NCBI GenBank assembly: GCA_001662655.1
Contig: KV460261.1
Reading direction: 5' to 3' (one strand)
DNA: 64,000 bases
From: Pseudogymnoascus verrucosus
Lineage: Eukaryota
Below the pieces are notes generated by a model that saw only the letters and a program-made list of their open reading frames with translations, searched no databases and was not told the origin of the DNA. Positions 35,161 through 47,325 of the stretch are shown in pieces. How positions within the stretch are numbered: position 1 is the stretch's first letter; every line of letters starts with the position of its first letter. The position numbers and the translations under genes are program-made.

Positions 35161-37177
35161 CTAAAAGTCGAAATCTCCTCTAAAGCTATCCACATCCATG
35201 CCGCTCACCACGCGCTCAGCCAGGTCCCGTCTGTTCATCTGGCTAAAAACACGACGGAGGGTATCATACAGGTTCGTGCTCTGGTTTTGGTTGATCAGGC
35301 GTTCAAGCTCCGCCTCGGAGACCTTGCCCGCACCGTCGCCGCCGAGGATATCCTTGGCCTTCTCGCGTCCCTCCTGCTCAGCGACCTTGTGCATAGCGAG
35401 CGCGCCCAGTAGATGCGCAGCCGCCTCTTCGTAGCACCCAATGTTGATGCAGCTGACTCCGAGGTTGTAGCGTGCGCGGACAAAGTTCCCGCGCATCGAG
35501 AGGGCGCGCTCGTACGCATTGATGGCCTCCTCGGAGCGTCCGGAGTTGGCGAGGGTGGCGCCCAGGCGGTTCCAGAGGAGGTGGACGGATGAGGAGTCGT
35601 TGGTGGAACCGGACTCGGTGGAGGCGAGAGCGGCGGAGAAGCAGTCGACTGCCTTGTCATACTCCTCGGCGCCGTAGAAGAGGACACCAAGACCGACCTG
35701 GACATCAGGATCCATGGTCTCGGCATCGGGGCTCAATTGCGCGGCTTGAATGAAGAGGTTGGTGACCTTCTCGTGCAGCTGTTGGCGGTCGGTGAAACCA
35801 ATGTCCGCCTCGGCTGAGAGGCCACTCGGTGGTGCGATGGCGGGGTACTTAACAGATAACCAGCGCTCGAGGGTGCGGTAGGCGGTGCTATCGTAGCCCT
35901 CGTTTGTGTAGGAGACGGCGAGGCCCATGAGAGCCTCGAGGTTCGAGGGGTCAATCTTGAGGGCCTGCTCGAGCGCCCGGATGGCCGGGGTCTCCTTTTC
36001 GTTCTGCGCCTGTGCGGAACCGAGATGAACCCAGGCTGCTAGGTGGGAAGAGTCGCGTTGAACGGCTGCCTCGAATGCCAGAGCTGCAAGACTGAGGTTT
36101 CCGCCCTCTTCCATGATGCGCACACCTTCCTCAAATGCATTCGGGACGTCGGCGAAGATGTTGTCCGCCTCAAAGGTATAATCGCCCAAGTGTGGATCTC
36201 GGAAAGCTGCATGGCTCCCCATGCCATCGAATCCATCCCACTGGTCAAAGCTGCCCATGTCGAGTTCATTCGGAGAGGGCATGTCGGCCACGAGGTCCCT
36301 GGCAGCAGCGGTCTCAGCTTGGATTCCACGCCAGATAGCTTCAAAGTCCCCAAACTCATTCGTTTCGGACTCTAGATTTTCAACTGACCTGTCCATTTGA
36401 TTCAGCTCCGCCTCGATCGTGTCATTCTGCTCCTTCTCTTCGGCCGCCAAGTCGATGGCTTTGAATTGTTCCTCCCAGTGTTCGTCATCGAGTTCAATCA
36501 TCTTACCCTTGCCCTTGTCCATCGCTTCTTGCGGTTGTTGGTTCATGGCCATCTGACTTTGGTTCTGATACATCATACCACCGCCCATGCCGAAGCCGCC
36601 GCCCATCCCCATCCCCATACCCATTCCCATGGGCCTCTGGTATGAGTTATAGCCCGACATTGGCATCTGGGTCGCCGGACTTGCTGTTCGTGCGGCTGCA
36701 GGTTGGTTCATCTGCTGGAAGCGGGAAAACTCGGCGGGGTTGAATCCGGCGGCCTGGGGCGTCTGGAAGTTTGGTTGCATGTGTGATTCTTGGGGCATGC
36801 CGGGCTGGAACTCCTGCGCCCAGCCTTGAGCCTGTGGTGATGTGCCTCGTTGGATTCCAGGGCCGGCATGGTGCATTGCCTCCATCATAAAAGGGTCGAC
36901 GGGTGCCTGTGGTAGTTGGCCGCCCTGTTGTAGAAACTCGTTCATCATCTAGATATGTCAGCAAGGTCCAAATATGCCAACGCAGCAGCGAAGTTTGTAG
37001 GGGAAGTACATTATCTTGGTTTCCATTCATTCCGGTACTGCGCATCCCTTGCGCACTCCCCGGGCCTCTCCCCACGAGCCTATCTCGTTGCAGACTCTTA
37101 TCATCCTGTCCGATCTTGCTGAACTGGCTTAGCGGGTTGCCAGCCGTCGAACACTCGGCGCCACCCATAAACGACAT
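35161..37177 (-). CDS. PEX5: PTS1 receptor Pex5. Exons 37010-37177, 35161-36948
   Basis: MSFMGGAECSTAGNPLSQF with the conserved Cys; WxxxF motifs WAQEF and WEEQF; TPRs including LWNRLGATLANSGRSEEAI and FVRARYNLGVSCINIG. Confidence 0.97.
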
Positions 37178-37373
37178 TGCTGCTGGCGCTTGGAACAGTA
37201 CAAAGATCTATAAATGATGTATGAGAATAAAAATGGGTTCGCTATGGGTGCGTGTAGTTTATAGAGAGGAGATTGGAAGATATTGTAGCAAAAGGTAGGA
37301 GATGATGGCGTGGCGAGGCCTGATGGTGGAGGTGATTATTGATAGAAGTTGGGGTCGACTGTGGGGTACTGAA

Positions 37374-37588
37374 CCTCGGAGAAACCAACGCGAAGGCGGT
37401 TGATCCGTGTCCCGAGCAATGCCGAATAGTTTTAGGGATGGTAATTCAGAAAGAAGGCGTGGAGGTGGGAATTATTTAAAGGGCGGCTATTTTCCCCAAT
37501 CACTTGTTAATTTCCCTTTGATTCTGATTTATTTACTTCGGAGAATAATACGTGGAGTTAAGGGCGTCGTGTGCCTGTCATGCCTCGG
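37374..37588. promoter_or_regulatory. Two CCTCGG (FarA/FarB-type) elements upstream of PEX5
   Basis: CCTCGG at 37374-37379 and 37583-37588. CCGAGG/CCTCGG is the known fatty-acid induction element of peroxisomal genes in Aspergillus. Confidence 0.55.
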
Positions 37589-39276
37589 CAGCAGGGAGAC
37601 TTTTTAATATCGTGCTTGTCCATCGGCGGTCGCCTCTTTGATCACGTGCACCATGTGGGTTTTTGTTCGCACGTATTACTGTTCACGTGACCATTGAGGG
37701 GTCAGGCCGTCACAAGCCAAAGTGACAGTTGAGTATGGGGTCATTGTGGTTCTTTATGGGGTCGATGTGGGGGTCGTCACGTGATCCTTATATAAAAGTC
37801 CCCTTGAGAGTCCAGCCAAAAGCAAAACACCATTCACAATGACACAGACGATGATTTGTTGATTCTCTTCATCTTCATTGGCCAGCTTTGGGGCGTGGGA
37901 TTAAATTGGCTCTTTATTCGATTTAAACGATTTTTAAAGGATTCAAAGGATCTAAATTGAGGGGGAACGGACCCAACGGAGCCAGGTACCGACATGGACC
38001 TGATCAGCCATTTGCCGGACTCCACCTTACTGAACTTGTCAACTCTAAAGGATGGCTAAGGGATGGCTAGCTATTTACATTAAACCATGAGATTAACCAT
38101 GCGGGTTCATCGGGCCTTCTATCGCGCTTCGATCATGCAGCGAGGCAGGATCATTGCTGTCCGGCAGATCACATGGTCCATCCCATCCATGCTCGAGGAG
38201 TCTTTCACACAAGTTCGGCGCCTACTTGTCATGTCGCGAAGTTGCGATGGAGTTGCGATGAAATATGTCCGATGGGACCGCCTTTGACTGCGCTGGGACT
38301 GGAACTGAGACTGGTCTGGACCCGGATCCCACATCCCGCACCATGAAACTTCCTTTGTCAAAAACACAGAACATATATCGCTTTGTTTGGCGTTTGGTTC
38401 GTCCAAACTTCCGAAACGCCGTCGTCGTCGTCGTGGGTAGCTCTCCCGTCTGTCTCGGATCACGTTGGTGTTATGGTTGGCGCCCTCGCTTGCTGAACGT
38501 CAAAGGTGGCTGATCCTGGTTCATTGGTCCATCGCCGCCACAACTGAAACAGACCTTCAAGGGGGAATCGTCGACAACCTTTCATGCTGTTCTTCACTAG
38601 AGAAACAGCGACGGGTCATGACTGGCCGAGCGGCCATACTCTTGCCACACTCGTGCCACAGCCGCGTCCAGAGGAGGTGGAAGTCCAATATATTCACGGT
38701 GACACCGTGCTATCTCATGCCCTTCTCGCGCCCCAAGTCCGCGCTACTTCTTATTAGACGCTCATGCGCATCTCTAGACCATGTCTAAAGTGCGTCCCAG
38801 CGAGCCCAGGGGGCTATTTCATCTCATAGTCCCCCCCACTCAGATGGTGGCCGGCGAAACTATATCCTTATACCGCCGTTCTCCCATGTTCGAGACAGCA
38901 TACCTTCCTTAATAATACTACTGTTCCTTGGGCGCATTGCTCTTTCATTCATCTTTTCATTATCATTCACACAACCATCAAACGTCTGTGGTGCGGAATC
39001 CCGGATAAGAAACTGTTCGGTGCCTTGGACCCATTGTTCGTTATAAAGCCGTGCTACTCTTGCTGCAACAATAGTACGACAATCCTTACATAGGTGTTCA
39101 AACTTGGGTGAAGCCACCAAGAACAATCGGTCCTTTTGCATCACCTCGAGGATTCACGAACAGTCCCTACATCCCCTGATTCTCAGTTCATCTCAATTAT
39201 TCGGAGTGTACATATAAGAGCTCTCTACCAACCCTATCTTACGGAGCAGAAACCAAAAGTTTAAATCGTCGTCACA

Positions 39277-40215
39277 ATGCCTTCCTTACAAACCCTCATT
39301 CAAGCTTCAGCCATTGCCTGGCTTGCAGGTACTGCAAGCGCTGCCTACACACTCCAAGATGTCTACGACTCCACCAACTTCTTCGACGGATTTAATTTCT
39401 ACGATGGCCGTGACCCAACGAACGGCTTCGTTGACTATGTCAATGCTGAGACAGCAAACAATGCTGGGCTCGCCGGGCTCTCTCAGGACGGCGTCTACAT
39501 GGGAGTTGACCACACCACGATGAGCCCACCCAATGGCCGCGCATCTGTTCGGGTCGAGTCCAAAAAGCAATACACCCTGGGACTCTTCATTGCCGATATT
39601 AAACACATGCCTGGTGCTGAGTGTGGTTCCTGGCCTGCATTCTGGACATATGGCCCAGACTGGCCCAATAGGGGTGAAATAGATGTTATAGAGGGCGTCA
39701 ACACTCAATTGACGAACGACGTTACCCTTCACACATCGGGGGGCTGTTCCATGAACAACCCCAACTCCCAGCCGGGCTCTGTCCTCAGTAACGCTGACTG
39801 CAGTGGCATTGGGGGATGTGGCCAGACAACCACCGATCCGTCAAACTACGGGACCGGCTTCAACAGCATCGGTGGTGGAGTCTATGCGATGGAGTGGACA
39901 AATGAAGCTATTGCAGTATATTTCTTCCCACGATATGCCATTCCGGACGACATCAACTCTGGCAACCCCGATCCCAGCACCTGGGGCACACCCCTGACCA
40001 ACTTCGTCGGCAACAGCTGCGACATTGGCTCCCACTTCAGGGATCACTATATCGTGTTCGACACGACGTTTTGTGGAGACTGGGCCGGCGGCGTTTGGGG
40101 AGATAAGTGTGGTGCTCGGGCCGCAACCTGCGAAGACTTTGTCAGCCAGAACCCAGCGGTGTATGAAGAGGCGTATTGGCTTGTCAACTCCGTCAAGGTA
40201 TACACCAACAACTGA
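39277..40215 (+). CDS. Secreted GH16 endo-1,3(4)-beta-glucanase
   Basis: Signal peptide; DPTNGFVDY, GRASVRVES, CGSWPAFW, catalytic GEIDVIEGVN, FDTTFCGDWAG; intronless. Confidence 0.95.
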   Translation: MPSLQTLIQASAIAWLAGTASAAYTLQDVYDSTNFFDGFNFYDGRDPTNGFVDYVNAETANNAGLAGLSQDGVYMGVDHTTMSPPNGRASVRVESKKQYTLGLFIADIKHMPGAECGSWPAFWTYGPDWPNRGEIDVIEGVNTQLTNDVTLHTSGGCSMNNPNSQPGSVLSNADCSGIGGCGQTTTDPSNYGTGFNSIGGGVYAMEWTNEAIAVYFFPRYAIPDDINSGNPDPSTWGTPLTNFVGNSCDIGSHFRDHYIVFDTTFCGDWAGGVWGDKCGARAATCEDFVSQNPAVYEEAYWLVNSVKVYTNN

Positions 40216-40904
40216 ATGGTGCCAAGGCCATCTTTGGTATAGGCAGGCTGTGGTGGACGCTTGAACAGATCACTTCAATTCTTGGAACAAATTTTGCATA
40301 TACTTTTGGCGACAAGATCAGATGGCCCCTGATGGACCAGCTGGTGATGGCTCGCTCACGGATGAACGCGATTTCTGTTGATATGAAAAAAGGGCGTTAG
40401 CGGGACATCGATTGCTTTGGACTTAACATTTGATTGTAAATATTCTTGGATTTAGAATCCTTCGTACATAAACAAATACCAGTATATATTATATGTGATC
40501 TGTTGCTATCTCGTCAATTCTCTAGTAATTCAAGTGTGGATTCCGACTTGCCTTTCGCTCCTTTTGTTCTCAAATCTGTTCAATGAGAGTCGCTGTATTT
40601 GATTGACGATCACGTGGTTAGTCGTGATTTAGTGTGGCCATGACGTTCGCCGAAGTCCGGCAATAATTTCTGTTGGTGGCGGCCGTTGAATATTAATCAG
40701 CGACCACGATCAGATAAACATCTCCGAGGGCAGAACAGCATCAACTCTACGAACGAGTCCCCTCTTCGCATCTACAGAATCAAATCGAATATCCGAAACA
40801 GCATACGCAACCCCTCATCGCATCAAGTAGAGCTCGTCGGTTGAGCGTGCGAATTTACCCCACCATTTACACACACCACCAAAACACCCACCTCACAGCC
40901 TACC

Positions 40905-41793
40905 ATGTCGAAAATCCTCGAAGTCACCTCCGAAGATGAGTTCAACACGCACGTCACGACTCTCGACCCAACGACCCTCCTGGTCCTCTCCTTCCATACC
41001 CCCTGGGCCGCACCATGCGCGCAGATGAACACCGTGCTCGCGACCCTCGCAGCGTCTTACCCCGCCACCACCCCACCACGCACCCTCTGGCTCTCCGTCA
41101 ACGCTGAGGAACTCCCTGACGTGAGCGACGCATACGACGTGACCGCTGTGCCATTCTTGGTGCTCGCACGCGCAGGCGCAACACTCGAGACCGTATCGGG
41201 GAGCGATGCGGGGAAGGTGCGTGCGGCAATTGAGCGACACGCTGCTGGTGGGGAGGGCAAGGCTGAGGATGTGGTGATACCACCAAAGCAAGATGTCACT
41301 TATCGTGATACTACGGGGCCAGCACCACGGGTTGATGCGGCAGGTGTTGCAGGCGGAGAGAAGGATGCGGATGCGAATGGGACGGCTGTTGCGTCGGGAG
41401 AGGGGAAGGAGGACCTGAATAAGAGGCTGGGGGAGCTGGTGAAGGCGGCGCCGGTTATGTTGTTCATGAAGGGGACGCCAAGCGCGCCACAGTGCGGATT
41501 CAGTCGGCAGTTGGTTGCGCTGCTGAGAGAGAACTCGGTGCGATATGGGTTCTTCAATATCTTGGCGGATGATGAGGTGAGGCAGGGCTTGAAGGAGTTT
41601 GCGGACTGGCCGACGTTCCCACAGTTGTGGGTTGGGGGAGAGCTGGTGGGTGGGTTGGATATTGTAAGTTTACCTGAGATGCGACTTCCGCTTGGGGGGT
41701 GCTTTGGACTGGGCTAACAGCGTGATACAGATCAAGGAAGAGATTGCAAACGACCCGGATTTCTTGAAGGAGTACGCGGTCGTCAAGGCCTGA
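40905..41793 (+). CDS. GRX4: Multidomain monothiol glutaredoxin Grx3/4 (Trx-like + CGFS Grx). Exons 40905-41663, 41731-41793
   Basis: WAAPC Trx domain; MLFMKGTPSAPQCGFS; WPTFPQLW...GGLDI|IKEE. Confidence 0.96.
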
Positions 41794-42905
41794 ATAGGGA
41801 GTATGGGATGATGATAGTAGACACAACTTCACGGTTATTTGATTGAGGAGAATCAACTCGGCGGTCGTGACTGGCGGCTTCGCGGTGGGATAGGCCTAGC
41901 AGCTCGACATTTACAATGCAGATAGACTGCGATTGCATGTAGTATGCAATGATTTTATGATATCAAACCCTGCGATCAGATACCCTTCGAGTGTTACCCC
42001 CACCCCCCATGCGTCATTCCTTCGCAGGATAGTTCGATAATTCGACAGTTCTCCGCAATTGTTAGCGCCACCGTTGTCCCCTGCGCAGCATTTCACGGTT
42101 AAGTTAATAGAGTCGCGGCATACAAGCGTATGATCGAGTGCATGCTATACTGTATATGACTGAGCACATGTATATAAAGATGATTTTCACTGGTGCCAAG
42201 GCTGATGAAGGCGCTCCCAGATTGCCGAGGTGGGAATAAAGCCGCATACAACAACACAACCCTGGCAGCAAGCCGTTTTAAGAGCGTTTTGAGGGCACAG
42301 CCATCCATACTGCGCCACAGCAAGTTGCGTTGCGAGCAGAAGAGGCTGAAGACAGAGAATACCAGAGTCAGTAGCTTACTAGCATATATATAGTATGTCC
42401 TTGGCATATACGCCAGACCGATTAAAGTATAAAAATCCACGGCGTCGCCGCAGGGGCGATAACGTGTGGACGTTCGTGTCGATCTGGGCTGTTCGATGCT
42501 GGATTGCGTATGCTTCCACACGCATTTGTTCGCCGAACCCCAATAAATCCCATGAAAATCTGATCGAATCCCAATAAACCCCCTGCCGTTCTCCACCTCC
42601 CCACCCTAAAACACCCCCTACCCACCACCACCTGTACCACCACCCTTCCCACCTTTCCTTCCAGCCCCCAGCCCTTTAAATATCGTGCCGTTCTCCCGTC
42701 CTCTCATTGTCTCCGCCAAGACCTTTCAATATCTACCAAGACTCTACCAAGACCTTTCAACATCTGCATCTCCGCGATCCATCACCTTAATCGTCCATTT
42801 TTCGATCCCACGCGCATTGACACTCGTCGTCGTCAACATCTACAAACCCTTCTTCGAATATCCAACTCAACCAACACCAGCTTCAAACTCCCTCTTCGCG
42901 CAAAC

Positions 42906-43296
42906 ATGTCCAACCAAAACTATTATGGCGGCGGTGCCCCTCCTCAACAACAGTACGGCGGCCAACAGCCATATGGCCAACCTCAATACCCCCAGCAACC
43001 ACAACAATCCTATGGCCCACCACAGGGCGGCGGCTACTATCAACAGCCACCTCCAGTAAGCGCTCTCTATCTTTTAAAATACTGAAATGTCGCACAAACT
43101 AACCGCGCGCGCACAGATGCAATACCCACCCCAGCAACAGTACCAGCAGGGTCCTCCTCCAAAGAAGAGCAGCGGGGGCGGCGCAGGAAAGGGTTGCTTG
43201 GCAGGTCTGTTCGCCGCGCTCTGCTGTTGCTGCGTGTGCGAGGAGGGATGCGAGGCCTGCGCTGACTGCGCTGAGTGCGCCGAGGGATGCTGCTAA
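42906..43296 (+). CDS. CYSTM (Pro/Gln/Tyr-rich, Cys-rich membrane tail) small protein. Exons 42906-43055, 43117-43296
   Basis: MSNQNYYGGGAPPQQQYGG...PP|MQYPPQQQY...GCLAGLFAALCCCCVCEEGCEACADCAECAEGCC; intron GTAAGC..ACTAAC..CACAG. Confidence 0.9.
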
Positions 43297-43656
43297 ATAA
43301 TACCCCATGGCCGAGATGGTGGACGGTGATAAGCTGCGGATCTGTTTATGTGAGGGCTGGCTGGGAAGTGGTGAGCCTTGGGGTGTATATGTATTTTGAC
43401 GCGCGGGATATTTGTACAAGGAGGGGGGGAGGCTGTGGAGTTTCAGTTATTTCGCGCAATGCGTTGGTTCGGACGGCGAATTGGTCTGAGCAGAATCCTT
43501 CATTTAACATCTCTTTATGTCGAGACGTCTAATTGAATTGCATGGCGACTTTGAATACCTCATACTAGCTATCTCTACTACGTGAAGTGAAACATGATCC
43601 CGTTCTAGCTGTTTAACGTTGTATGCGCCTTTCGTAAACCCAAGATCTTATCACAT

Positions 43657-46600
43657 TTAAGCCCACTCTTCTGATCCATCCTCATCCTCTCTCTCCTCTT
43701 TAACGGATCCTCCCCACCCCTTCTCACTCCTCTCGGTCCCGGGTCTCCCTTCGCCACCATCCCTCCTCTGCGAGCGGCTAAGCACCCCTGGGAAAAACTT
43801 AGGTTCATGTCCCGACAAGTGCAGGTCCTGTAGTCCAGCATTGATCGGCTGCAGACTATCAGTCGAGACGTTCGTTGGCGCAGGAGGGAGTGTTGTCGAG
43901 GACAGGCTGGCTGTAGGGGGAGCGTGGGGGAAGCGGGCTGCCTGGGCAGGGAAAGGCGACTGATCATGGGGGATGGTAGTTGTGGAGAGGTTCGTTTTCA
44001 TGGAGGAGGTGGGTGATTGTAGCCCAACAGGAGTTTCATATGAGCTAGTATCTGCCGAGGGTATTGGCGTTGATGCAGACGTGTAGCGGTCAATCCTACT
44101 TTTGTTAGTTTCCCGTTTAATGACGGCATGGGGACCTTACATGGCCATTTCCTGTAGTATCGTCTCGTGACGGAAGCCTTGGCGGATATTCGGGATATTC
44201 GTCTTCGCCATCGTGTTTCCCGCAACGCCGGGCTTGTTGAAGTTATCTCCTAGCCAATGCTGCTTAACAGACGCCTCGTAGCCGCTCTGTTGGACGGAGT
44301 TGCGCGCTAGCTCACACATGTCCACAGCGTTAAGCTTGTAGATTTGCGCGGCTACGGAGTATTCCTCAATCAACGCCTCTTTGGTGAAGGCGAACTGGAG
44401 CGGATCATCGGTCGATAGGGATACGTTGAGTCCGCGCTTGAAGTAGGAAAGGAAGGGGTTGCGTTCGTACGCAAGGAAGAGAGCATTGTTGCTGAGAGGG
44501 GACATGGCGACGCCGATCTGCTCGAGGTAGAAAATGTATTGCAAGAAAGGAACTTTGCGGAGTAAAAGACCATGGCTAATACTGTGACAGGTGAGGACTG
44601 CAGCAGCGAGATGGTCGGAATCCCCAGCCTCACCACAGTGGGGACGAAGGACGAAGGTATTGAAGCCTCGTTGCTTACGCATGACGTTCAGAGATGCGAT
44701 GTTGGCGAACATGTAATAGATCCAGTAGCTGTACGGCGGGTTCTGCTTCGTATCCCAGACTTTAGGGACGGGGAACTTGCGGAAGAGTCTACGCTCGACT
44801 TTGCTCTCATCATCGACGCTGTCGAAGCCGATGACTCTCTGCAGGAAGACGTGCAGGTTCGGGTGGCTCGATGGGTCCTTGGTAACCTCGAATAGGGGCC
44901 TAAATACGTTGATGACGACTTGCTCAAAGTTATCCATTAGACCTGACGCCTTGTACACGTCGTACAGTCGCGGGACTTGGACGAGCCAGCGCACATTTGG
45001 CGAGAAGAGCTTGTTATCGACAACCCAAGCTGCCAGTTTATCCCACTCATCAGGGTCTCGGCCGTAAATGCTAATGCGCCATTCCACCATTTGGTATTTG
45101 CTGGACTCGAGATCGGTAATAACTTCCTTTGTTATCTCTGCAAGGTATCGTCCCTTGATGAAGTTGTCAGTCTTGAGAAAGATGGTTCTCAGACGGGACT
45201 CTCCAATGGGATTGTATTTGAGGTTGAACTTGTCAAATCGGTGGAAAGAGTCTGTGTGGGCGTGCATGTCCAGCGTGTCGATACTCAAATCATATGCCGT
45301 CAAGTTGATACTCTCAAAAACCTCGCTTAGTGTGAGATGCTTTCCATCTCTGAACATAACTACCTCGTTTGGGCATTTCTTCATCTTGCTCTTAATAAAT
45401 CGGAGCAGATGCTTTTGGTTCATACAAGCCGAGTGGTGAATATGGGTATCCACTTTCCTCACATTGTAGAAGTCTCGATGTGGCACACTTTTGCTGTCTG
45501 CCATCTCTTGATACTCGTTCAGAAGCACATACAGGTTAAACTTGCCTTCCAGATATTGGAGGCGCCTGAACGCAAAGCTTTTGCTAGGGCCATCGGAAGA
45601 AATCTCCAGGATCTGTTCCAGGTCCATGTAGAATTCACGAATAGTTGGGATGTTGATCACCGGCTCTTCTAATGCACCAGCGTCAGAATGCTGGTAAACT
45701 TGGTATACGCCATTGTCATCCAGGCGAAATGTCATCTCGCCGGCCTCTGGAAGAGGCAAGAGGTCTTCCATGTCGAAATCCTCGCCAATATCTTGTCCTG
45801 GCTTACGCGTGGGCTTTGATGAACTTGTGGGCAGCACTGTGCTGTTGGAGAGGCTATCGCCGCCATTCGCCATTGTCGCCCTTCGTTTCTCCTCCTCCCA
45901 TGCCGGCTGAGGGTGAGGGGGATAGATATTCCAACTAGGGTCATCTTTTGGATTATCTTCTGGGCCTTGTAGCGACAGGCGCATATACTTGTGACGAAAG
46001 TCTAGCACTTTTTGAATATTCGAGTATATTGCGCTCAACTCGGAAGTGACATGGGCTTCTGTATTTGCAAATCCTCCAGCACCATTGCCAACACCAATAC
46101 CAGCTCCCGCACCGTGTAGCCCTTCCGGCGTTATTGGTGCATGGAGCTCAGCTGGTAGCTTCGCGTTCTCTGGCTGCCGAACTTCCTGACGCTGAAAACC
46201 TCCTGCCCGCCCCACGCCATCATTGCCACCAAAAACTGGTTCTTGTATGGTGTTGCTTTCGGGGAGTTTCTCTGGGTTGACAAGGCCGGTAGGTTGGGCA
46301 GATTTGAACTTGCCATGGCTAGTCCACGTTAGACACACGAATAAAACATAGATATAGCCTTACTCACCTTTGAGCCATGTTTAGGCCGCTTCCAATAGAT
46401 CTCAAGCTGCCACTTCTTTGCGGGTTCTCGGCTTCCGTTCCGGAAATGTTTGAATACTTTCTCTCACTCAACCGTGGACTGTCGGGGGGCAGCGATTGCT
46501 GGGAACCCCATCCGCCTTCGCCACTACGCTGAGCCTCGGCCTGGCTTCTCTGATAGAAGAGTTTGGCATCCGTGAAGCTTATTTGCTTCTCAGCAGCGTA

Positions 46601-46941
46601 ATCGTAGAAGGTTGTTCTTCTCTGGAAGTCTCTCGGAAGTAGGCCGTCCTGAGTAGCGTCTTCGTCTCCCTCTTCGTCTAAAGCCGCCCCAGGAAGTGCA
46701 TTGTTTGTCTTATTATCTGCAAGGGTACTGTTTGAGCCCTCGTCTAGGTCTTGGTCGTCGTAGGGGTTATCGTCAGCGTCGGAATTGTCGTCAACAGATA
46801 GCTGGGTTGGTTCGAGGTGTGGAGAGCTCAGCCCAGATGGGTGGTTTCCTTGGAATACGGTGCCTGAAAACAATCAGTTATAATGTTTCGAATGGTGCTA
46901 TTTCCATTGGCCAGGTAGTTAATGTTGAGCTCACCAGACAT
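43657..46941 (-). CDS. AMD1: AMP deaminase. Exons 46935-46941, 46368-46863, 44141-46318, 43657-44095
   Basis: HRDFYNVRKVDTHIHHSACMNQKHLLRFIK, DSVDDESK, LRPHCGEAG, SLSTDDPLQF. The 7-nt first exon ATGTCTG|GTGAGC is inferred. Confidence 0.96.
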
Positions 46942-47325
46942 TGCTCGCGAGGTCGAGTCTTGTATGACTCGTCGAGGCTTATCACTTGTCGACCGTTGGG
47001 GCTTTCCACACGGGTCAGCAAGGCGTCAGCAGTCGCACAGTACAACAGGCAAAGTGGGCAATGGTAATATAAGTTATGCAAGGTCTAAATGCTGTGTGAT
47101 GTGAAGTCTTAAACGCGTAGAGTTTGCTTTGGCACGTCGCTGATAAGAGATGGAACTGTGTCTCTGTCGCTGTTGAAGCTCTTGGCAAGGCTGCGTGAGG
47201 AGTTACCCCAACTTTTAGCGCCAATTGGTCAGCCTTGCATCAAATGTTCAAAACGTTGGGTAAATGTTCATTTCTGAAATCGTTCAAATTCTAAATCAAG
47301 TCTAAATTTGCGTTATGCCCTCCCT

